IMG/VR virus record: IMGVR_UViG_3300010151_007728
Span: 1 to 53,359 of that record
DNA from: a virus
Lineage: Duplodnaviria > Caudoviricetes
DNA length: 53,359 nucleotides
Reading direction: 5' to 3' (one strand)
Positions within the stretch are counted from its first letter, which is position 1. Each line of letters begins with the position of its first letter. Positions 47,254-53,359 of this stretch are shown here, in pieces. Both the position numbers and the translations under genes were made by a program. The notes under the pieces are model-generated. The model had not been told where the DNA came from. It saw nothing but the letters and a program-made list of their open reading frames with translations, and did no database searches.

Positions 47254-47427
47254 TCAATCCAACAATAGCTTCTTACCGGAATCCTTTTCTTCATGAAGGT
47301 CGCCTTGCGCAAGAATATCTTCTAGATATGCCTCCGTCAGATGTGGATATTTCTCAATCAGTTTTTTGAGAGTCAGTTTTTCCCTTTTTAAGAGAGCTTT
47401 TATTTTTTCCTTTTCCTCGTTTGACAT
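47254..47427 (-). CDS. Hypothetical protein (57 aa), below ORF-track cutoff
   Basis: MSNEEKEKIKALLKREKLTLKKLIEKYPHLTEAYLEDILAQGDLHEEKDSGKKLLLD*; fills the gap between neighbours; AAGG upstream. Confidence 0.7.
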   Translation of the reverse strand: MSNEEKEKIKALLKREKLTLKKLIEKYPHLTEAYLEDILAQGDLHEEKDSGKKLLLD

Positions 47428-47680
47428 TTTTCTTACCTTTCTTTTTTTCTTTTACAAAATCTGGGTGAAGACGCGTCTTGACCACAAACTGATCTCTTGA
47501 AGGCATGTATTTTACCTTCACTTGCATTCCTTTATGCGATTCATCAGCTTCCCAAATCGATTTTAAATCATTTCGCTTCTCATCTGCATTCTGATAGGAG
47601 ATGTGAAACGAATTATTTGTCCATGGGCGTCCATTTTTAACTGGAGCTTTTGGCTCTGGTTCTAAAGTTTCTTCTTCCAT
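47354..47680 (-). CDS. Hypothetical protein with basic C-terminus (108 aa)
   Basis: ORF track; the Lys-rich tail overlaps the next gene by 74 nt. Confidence 0.7.
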   Translation of the reverse strand: MEEETLEPEPKAPVKNGRPWTNNSFHISYQNADEKRNDLKSIWEADESHKGMQVKVKYMPSRDQFVVKTRLHPDFVKEKKKGKKNVKRGKGKNKSSLKKGKTDSQKTD

Positions 47681-47688
47681 GATAGTAT

Positions 47689-47868
47689 TTAACTAATTCC
47701 AGTTGCCGCCAGAACCTGCTTAATGTCATTAGCAACAAGACCCTTGAATGTTTCCACATTACTATTAAGTACTGCCACGTCATCAGCCAAAGAACTTAAT
47801 CGTTGAGTTACGTGGTCAATCCTTTCTTGTTGTTGTACTACTAATTTTACTAATTCTGCGTTTGTCAT
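47689..47868 (-). CDS. Small coiled-coil protein (59 aa)
   Basis: SD AGGAGG before MTNAEL at 47868; heptad pattern. Confidence 0.75.
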   Translation of the reverse strand: MTNAELVKLVVQQQERIDHVTQRLSSLADDVAVLNSNVETFKGLVANDIKQVLAATGIS

Positions 47869-47891
47869 TTTATGACCTCCTATTAGAAATG

Positions 47892-47920
47892 ATAATAACA
47901 CACTATTTTATAAATGTTAA
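47892..47920 (-). promoter_or_regulatory. Putative sigma70-type promoter with extended -10
   Basis: TTAACA-17 nt-TATTAT with TGn, followed by AGGAGG. Confidence 0.6.
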
Positions 47921-48276
47921 TCCTTGGTGAACCAATTTATTATATTAAATTTTTTCAGCAGTTTACGAAATTCTGATTTATTGATTCCCAAGAGGGATGC
48001 AGCTTCATTTTTTGTTCTGGTTGCGCTATAAGCATATTTTAATACGGCATCCTTTGCGATATTCGGTATTTCCTTCCAGATATTAAACCCGTAGAGCTTT
48101 CCATTAACTGCTCGCGCTGCTAACTCTAGTTTTAAAGCTATTATCTCTTCTAGAGTCAAAGAGGCCAGCATAACTTCGAAGTCAGTATTGGTTTTACCCT
48201 CGGACTTTAACTTATTGGAAATAGAGTAATATTCTTGATCAGGTTTCGAATACTTCTTTCGTTTCATTTCCCACAT
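47917..48276 (-). CDS. Fis-like helix-turn-helix DNA-binding protein
   Basis: C-terminal AVLKYAYSATRTKNEAASLLGINKSEFRKLLKKF matches the HTH_8 pattern. Confidence 0.7.
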   Translation of the reverse strand: MWEMKRKKYSKPDQEYYSISNKLKSEGKTNTDFEVMLASLTLEEIIALKLELAARAVNGKLYGFNIWKEIPNIAKDAVLKYAYSATRTKNEAASLLGINKSEFRKLLKKFNIINWFTKD

Positions 48277-48279
48277 TAT

Positions 48280-49134
48280 TTATCTAGTGGGGACTCCACC
48301 TATCTTATATACAGCTGCTTTACCTAATTTTGTAAGCTGTGCAAGCCATTTTCCTGACTCTGGATCCCCTTCACGAGCTAGTGATACCAAGCCGTCCAGT
48401 GTATCAAGCTGTTGGCTGGCGAACTTACCATACTCACCTTGAAGCTTAGAAAAATCTACGGTATCACCAGCGGATTGAGCTACATCTATCAATCTCATTG
48501 CCTTGGCGCGGAATTCTATATCTAGTCCTTGATCCATTCCTGCTTGAGATACCAATCCTCTCAATGCCTCGTATGCATTATCAGATATTTGCCCCTGTGC
48601 GCCAGGAGTAAGACCTGTACTGGTACCGGGGGCTTTGATTGCGGCATGGGCCGAGTCTGAGCCAAGTACGGACATCAAGGCAAATATAGCGATACTTACC
48701 GCTACTACCATGCCGATCTTGAATGCCACCGGGTGGTCCACTTTAAAATCTGCTACTTTGTTAACTAACACTTGTGCTCCTTGAATAGTTTTTTCTAACC
48801 CGCGTTGAGCCATTTGAAACAATTGAACCGATTTTTCAAGCGTCCAATTCTTAATCTTATCCCACACAGCGCCCATGGCTTTCCCGGTGCGCTGCATCAC
48901 ATCTTTAAATCCTTCATTCAAAAGATTATGTTCATATAATATAGAATTATACCATACTTCATATAGCTTGTCACCTGAAATTTTGCCTCTATCATAATCT
49001 TCTAGTAAAGTACCGAAATCTCTCAAAGTCGTTTCATTGTTTTCAAGCAAATATATACTTCCAAATTGTTGATTAATCTCAACTTTTTCTGTATATTTTC
49101 TCCAATCTTCCAATATAAGTTTCATATCATTCAT
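48280..49134 (-). CDS. Hypothetical protein with one TM/signal-like segment, possible virion-internal protein
   Basis: MKLILEDWRKY N-terminus, LLE/LNE motifs, hydrophobic IGMVVAVSIAIFALMSVLG followed by AHA-A. Confidence 0.7.
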   Translation of the reverse strand: MNDMKLILEDWRKYTEKVEINQQFGSIYLLENNETTLRDFGTLLEDYDRGKISGDKLYEVWYNSILYEHNLLNEGFKDVMQRTGKAMGAVWDKIKNWTLEKSVQLFQMAQRGLEKTIQGAQVLVNKVADFKVDHPVAFKIGMVVAVSIAIFALMSVLGSDSAHAAIKAPGTSTGLTPGAQGQISDNAYEALRGLVSQAGMDQGLDIEFRAKAMRLIDVAQSAGDTVDFSKLQGEYGKFASQQLDTLDGLVSLAREGDPESGKWLAQLTKLGKAAVYKIGGVPTR

Positions 49135-49136
49135 TT

Positions 49137-52106
49137 TTAAGCTCCTAAACCTAATTCTTGTTCTTGCCCCATTGTTTCCGAAGAAGGGGTTATTTCTTCA
49201 CCGCCTGTATCTAATTGACTGCTTCCATAATCGATACTTTCAGGCTCTGTTACCGAAGGAGATATATCATTCTCAAACTTATCAAAATAAAGCTTAATAT
49301 TTGTCAATAGATATTGATAAAAAAGCTTTTGATCTTCTGGACTTCCGGATAATTCTTCATAAGTACCAATGATTTGATTCGAGATGCTCTTAAAAGTTTC
49401 GAAAGCTGAATTTCTTCCCACTACATCTTCGCCTTCAATTGCAAATTGTTCTACTTCTTCTTCGCTGCTAGTTGGATCTCCGTTCTCTTCTTTTTCATCA
49501 CTCTCTATTTCTTTATCGGAACGAATATCGATGAAATCCGGGTCATCCTCGATGTTAACAGTAATATCCTCTTCCTCTTCGAATTGTTCTTGCAAATCAA
49601 CTTGATCAGTTACTTGCAATGGAACAATCGTATCTTCAATAGCCTTCAGAATATGTTCACGAAATGATCTTCTCTGATCTTCTGATGTGGTAAGTCTTTT
49701 ATAAGATTGTTCCAAAATCGGCACAATCTGCTTAAGTAATTCTTCGAGAAAGTTAATACCTGTTGATTGGTGGGGTGCAGGATCACTATCTCCAGTTGAT
49801 GTACCCTCGGCAAGAATAAGCTTTCTGATCAAAGATCTTAAGCGAGTTTCCTCTAGTAAGTTTTGTTCTTCTTCTTTTGTAATTTTCTGTGAGATCTTTT
49901 TGATTCCTTCTCGAACCAAGTTTCTCAACCTAATTTCTTCATAAACTTCAATACGATCCATTTGTTCATATGTCCTTTTTTTGTTTTTCTTGTGCGGAGG
50001 CTTGGCTCCGAGTGGTAAAGAGTATCCGCTAACAGATCCTCCAGCCATTGATGACATCTCTTCTAGTTCTTCCTCAGTAAATAGTTCCTCTTCTATTTCA
50101 GAAGCACACATTTCTTTTGCTTGCTTCTTGGTAAGCTCGCGGTTTCCTTTGAAATTATCTCCTGCATGCGCGCATGCCCACCTTCTTTGTTTTTCCGAAG
50201 TAACTTCATTAATAGCTTCTTCGATTAGCCCAAGAAATATGCCGAGCGGTACGCTCTCTACCTCCTCATTAAGTGCATTAGAGCTAAACTTTTCTCTAAA
50301 AAGATTAAATATATCTTCATCAAAGAACCCCATGACATCAGCAAATTTTTGTTTATCATCGCCTGCAAGTGCGGAGCGACATGTCGTACCACACATTTCA
50401 CCAAAACCAGGAATATCTAACGAAACATGATCAGCTAGGGCTAGGTGCCATCTATATCCATCTTTAGTTATGCCGCCCGGTTTTTTAATCCTATCCATAT
50501 CTTTAGAACCAACATAATATACAACTTCGATTTCGCTAGGATCCCAGCGTGATATTAATTCTTTAGCATTGTAAGGATTTTTAATTTGTACAATTTGATT
50601 TCCCGGAATTCCATGCTTAAGCATTACTTGCTTTTTCTCCTTAAAATTAAGGGGAGAACCTGAAGGATCTACAACGTTTGAGGTTGCAATAAAAGTATTA
50701 TCAACTCCGTGTTTTTTAATAATGTTCTCATAGGTCGCCAAATGATGTTGACCCATTGGTTGAAAACGACCGGGATATATAGCAATTATTTCTTTATCAT
50801 CATTTTCAGAAAGCTTTTGCATTGCTGGGATTTTACCTCTACCATATTTAAATAAACCTAAAAGCTGGTTCATTGGAGCAAAATTACCAGTAAGTTTGTA
50901 AGTGTGCCCGTCGTAGTCGAAAACAAATCCTTCAGCAGCAGTAGAAATATTTTTTTCTATATCTTTAATTTTCCCCATTTGTTTTTTTAATATTTCTATC
51001 GCGGCATCGTGACCGGATTTTTCTATTGCTAGTTTTGCCGTTCTAAGTTCTTTTCTTAAGCGCGCAACTTCCTTTCCTCTGTCTAAAACAAAAACTGATT
51101 CTAGATTCTTGATCATTTCTACTGAAAAATCGTGTACTATGTCCTCCAGTGGCTGAATGGCATTTTGAACTAAAGCTTTTGAATTGCCTAAAAGCATATT
51201 AATTGCCTCTACTTGTGTTGGATTTAAATCTTTTTTAATCTCTCTTGTGTTGATTCCTTTGACTCCAAGCATCTTTTTAATAATCAAGTCTTCTTTTTCT
51301 GGTGTCAAAGAAACTTGATTACTAATCATTGGCAATAAACGAGCAATTAAATATTCACCTACTGTTTGTTCATCAGATATACCAGCATCGCTAATAACAT
51401 TGTTTAAGCGCTCCAAGTATCTGTCTAATTGATCACCATCAGAAAGTCCTTCAAGCTGCCTAATAGCATTAACCTGAACTTTAAATTTTTGATCACCGGT
51501 CATTTTTTGAACTTGATTTAATACTTTTCCTAATTCTTGTACATTACCTTTGATATCACTATCTTCCAAAGCTTTTCCAGTTTTTATATCAACAACAGCT
51601 GGTTCAACTCTGTGAATATTGAATACTCTCGAATCATAATTAACTACATTAGGGTTCTTGGGATCCTGGATCTCAGCACTATAGAATACAATTGAATTAA
51701 CTCCATCGCCAAATATCTGTGTTTGTTTTTCTTTTGGGAAAGATCGCGCAATTGCTTCGAACGATTCAAATGCTTCCACAAAAGCTTTCTCAACGGATCC
51801 TCGTTTTGCAAACGTTTTCGCTATAGCAGCTGCATCCATTCCTCCTGGTTCGTGTTTTTTAACCAGTTCTGTTTTACCGGTTTCTTCGTTTTTTTCACGA
51901 TAATAGCCGGATATATTAGACTTATTGCGGACTGCCTTTGCTTTGCCTTCTGCGGTATTATAAGCTACATATAAATTTTGACCATCAGTTTTCTCGGTGC
52001 CTTCTAATTCTCCATCGGCAGCTTTTTTAAAGATATCCATCATCTGGGAGAATTTCAGATTTGGATTATCGTACAAGTGTGACATATGTCCATAAAAACC
52101 ACCCAT
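49137..52106 (-). CDS. Multidomain protein: ligase-fold (DUF6267-like) domain + HIGH-type nucleotidyltransferase + acidic C-terminal modules
   Basis: GHMSHLYD, TEKTDGQN (KxDG), AEGFVF, YKLTG; then IAIYPGRFQPMGQHH, SPLNF.EK, VGSKD; then Glu-rich segments. Confidence 0.75.
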   Translation of the reverse strand: MGGFYGHMSHLYDNPNLKFSQMMDIFKKAADGELEGTEKTDGQNLYVAYNTAEGKAKAVRNKSNISGYYREKNEETGKTELVKKHEPGGMDAAAIAKTFAKRGSVEKAFVEAFESFEAIARSFPKEKQTQIFGDGVNSIVFYSAEIQDPKNPNVVNYDSRVFNIHRVEPAVVDIKTGKALEDSDIKGNVQELGKVLNQVQKMTGDQKFKVQVNAIRQLEGLSDGDQLDRYLERLNNVISDAGISDEQTVGEYLIARLLPMISNQVSLTPEKEDLIIKKMLGVKGINTREIKKDLNPTQVEAINMLLGNSKALVQNAIQPLEDIVHDFSVEMIKNLESVFVLDRGKEVARLRKELRTAKLAIEKSGHDAAIEILKKQMGKIKDIEKNISTAAEGFVFDYDGHTYKLTGNFAPMNQLLGLFKYGRGKIPAMQKLSENDDKEIIAIYPGRFQPMGQHHLATYENIIKKHGVDNTFIATSNVVDPSGSPLNFKEKKQVMLKHGIPGNQIVQIKNPYNAKELISRWDPSEIEVVYYVGSKDMDRIKKPGGITKDGYRWHLALADHVSLDIPGFGEMCGTTCRSALAGDDKQKFADVMGFFDEDIFNLFREKFSSNALNEEVESVPLGIFLGLIEEAINEVTSEKQRRWACAHAGDNFKGNRELTKKQAKEMCASEIEEELFTEEELEEMSSMAGGSVSGYSLPLGAKPPHKKNKKRTYEQMDRIEVYEEIRLRNLVREGIKKISQKITKEEEQNLLEETRLRSLIRKLILAEGTSTGDSDPAPHQSTGINFLEELLKQIVPILEQSYKRLTTSEDQRRSFREHILKAIEDTIVPLQVTDQVDLQEQFEEEEDITVNIEDDPDFIDIRSDKEIESDEKEENGDPTSSEEEVEQFAIEGEDVVGRNSAFETFKSISNQIIGTYEELSGSPEDQKLFYQYLLTNIKLYFDKFENDISPSVTEPESIDYGSSQLDTGGEEITPSSETMGQEQELGLGA

Positions 52107-52117
52107 AATTTAACTCC

Positions 52118-52348
52118 TTACTTACACCATTTCTTTTTCAATGCTTCATTTATAAGAGCATCTTTACGAACTCTGAATAATTCCTCAACCATATCTTCAG
52201 TAAGAGTAGAAGCTTCTGCTTCTTCAACACAAGCGGACTCTTCATCCTCATCTCTGTTGTAAACAGTTGTTTCTCCTTCTTCTGCAACAATTTCTGAAAC
52301 TACTCTTGTTAAAACAGTTTCTATCTCTTCCGTTGTTAAATCTTTCAT
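52118..52348 (-). CDS. Small acidic hypothetical protein (76 aa)
   Basis: SD AAGGAG upstream; LTE/INE motifs. Confidence 0.75.
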   Translation of the reverse strand: MKDLTTEEIETVLTRVVSEIVAEEGETTVYNRDEDEESACVEEAEASTLTEDMVEELFRVRKDALINEALKKKWCK

Positions 52349-52349
52349 C

Positions 52350-53359
52350 TTAATTCTCCTTTAATTTCTTTAACATATCTTCGAAGTCTCTAACCAAAAA
52401 ACCACTTCCTAGTAAATATGCTTCTCCTTCCATATTCCTCAAATGAGGATCTTCTTGAGCATATCCTGGCTCAGTTGAATCTAAATCTCCAAACTCACCT
52501 TTACAGTTCTGAGAGTGATGTACCAGCTCATGAGAGACAGACCTTAACATATCTTTCGGGTGTCTATTATCAACAAATATAGTAATTTCCATAGTTTCTG
52601 GATTATAGTAAGCAGTTTTACCAAATGGATCTTTAGAATTTTCTTCGTCTGAGACTAAATTAATATTTACAGGCTCTTCGAATTTAAGCTTCTCTTTAGC
52701 ATATGGATAGAACTGAGTTAATATTCTTTCTAGTTGAGACATGTCTTTATTAGAGTGATTTTTAATACTGCACTCTTCCTTGACTAATTTAATTTGGCCA
52801 TTCTGTCGACTTGATTTAAGTATCAGCTGAATTGCTTCCGGACTTAGTTTTGAGTTGACTCGTAAGTGCTTACTTTCATTGAAGTTTGAAAGTTTCTTTT
52901 TGTCTTTCTTCGAATAGTACTTTACTAATGTATTAATCTGTGATATAATCAAATTATATTTATTATTATTTAATTTATTTTCTTCTAACTTACTAATATT
53001 ATAATCTATATTATTTTTAAATTTAATACTTAAATTTCTAAGTAAGTCATAAGTTATAGGATGTATATATACTAAGTTACTAGATTCTTTAACTAAATTA
53101 CTAAAATCTCCTTTAAGTATTTTAATTATTTCATCTTTAATTTTACTAATAACTGGTAAGTCTTTATTTATAAAATTACTTCTTTGAGGACCAGCATTTT
53201 TACTAATATCATCTACTATATCACTTATTTGTTTAATTATCTGATCTGCAGATACACCTTTGTTTCTGAGTTGATTAAGAGCAACGTTAACTTTTCCAGT
53301 ATTCAAGCCTTTAAGAGAAACAGGATCTTTCGATTCTTTTTCTTTAAGCGTTTCCTTAA
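52350..53359 (-). CDS. 5'-truncated protein with C-terminal zincin (HExxH) domain
   Basis: Frame stays open from 53306 to the window end (KETLKEKESKDPVSLKG-LNTG); GKTAYYNP...LRSVSHELVHHSQ...MEGEAY. Confidence 0.75.
   Translation of the reverse strand, partial: KETLKEKESKDPVSLKGLNTGKVNVALNQLRNKGVSADQIIKQISDIVDDISKNAGPQRSNFINKDLPVISKIKDEIIKILKGDFSNLVKESSNLVYIHPITYDLLRNLSIKFKNNIDYNISKLEENKLNNNKYNLIISQINTLVKYYSKKDKKKLSNFNESKHLRVNSKLSPEAIQLILKSSRQNGQIKLVKEECSIKNHSNKDMSQLERILTQFYPYAKEKLKFEEPVNINLVSDEENSKDPFGKTAYYNPETMEITIFVDNRHPKDMLRSVSHELVHHSQNCKGEFGDLDSTEPGYAQEDPHLRNMEGEAYLLGSGFLVRDFEDMLKKLKEN
52922..53207. repeat. AT-rich patch with dispersed TACTAA/TTACTAAT repeats inside a CDS
   Basis: TACTAA at 52923, 52991, 53070, 53099, 53144, 53201 (four are TTACTAAT); 13 G+C in the 120 nt of 52921-53040. 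Confidence 0.6.

Noticed and set aside
457-51974. Dozens of 60-190 aa plus-strand and nested ORFs (e.g. 3396-3839, 29118-29699, 49981-50430)
   Set aside because: Antisense or off-frame shadows of long minus-strand genes, with no recognisable motifs.
1-53359. tRNA, rRNA, structured ncRNA, terminators, IS elements, DGR
   Set aside because: Intergenic gaps are at most ~125 nt and AT-rich; I saw no cloverleaf, convincing hairpin-plus-U tract, transposase or reverse transcriptase. A covariance-model scan was not run.

Overview
53 kb piece of a large (probably jumbo) contractile-tailed dsDNA bacteriophage. It is densely coding, uses the standard genetic code, and every credible gene but one is on the minus strand. 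In transcription order (right to left): (1) 48.3-53.4 kb, acidic proteins rich in (L/I)-x-E motifs that look like capsid-internal proteins, including a 989-aa fusion of a KxDG ligase-fold domain with a HIGH-type nucleotidyltransferase, plus an extremely AT-rich, repeat-bearing patch inside a gene; (2) 42.7-48.3 kb, small accessory genes (Fis-like HTH, PIN-PhoH, zincin, Cas4-like nuclease, a plus-strand lipoprotein serine protease); (3) 27.5-42.7 kb, a 15 kb glycan island (GT4 x2, GT9-like x2, GT8-like, GT17-like, split HldE-like kinase and nucleotidyltransferase, two HAD phosphatases, cupin, methyltransferase, TPP enzyme, HpcH aldolase, SDR, His-type PLP 3-dehydratase, NDP-glucose 4,6-dehydratase); (4) 25.7-27.5 kb, small genes including a gp55-like sigma factor; (5) 1-25.7 kb, a baseplate module (split gp5-like hub with two different peptidoglycan hydrolase domains, a 3279-aa protein, gp25, gp6, a 556-aa protein, and a >2690-aa gp7-like/LamG protein that runs off the left edge and is missing from the ORF track). 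I saw no tRNA, rRNA, CRISPR array or transposase. All family calls come from reading motifs by eye; no database search was run.
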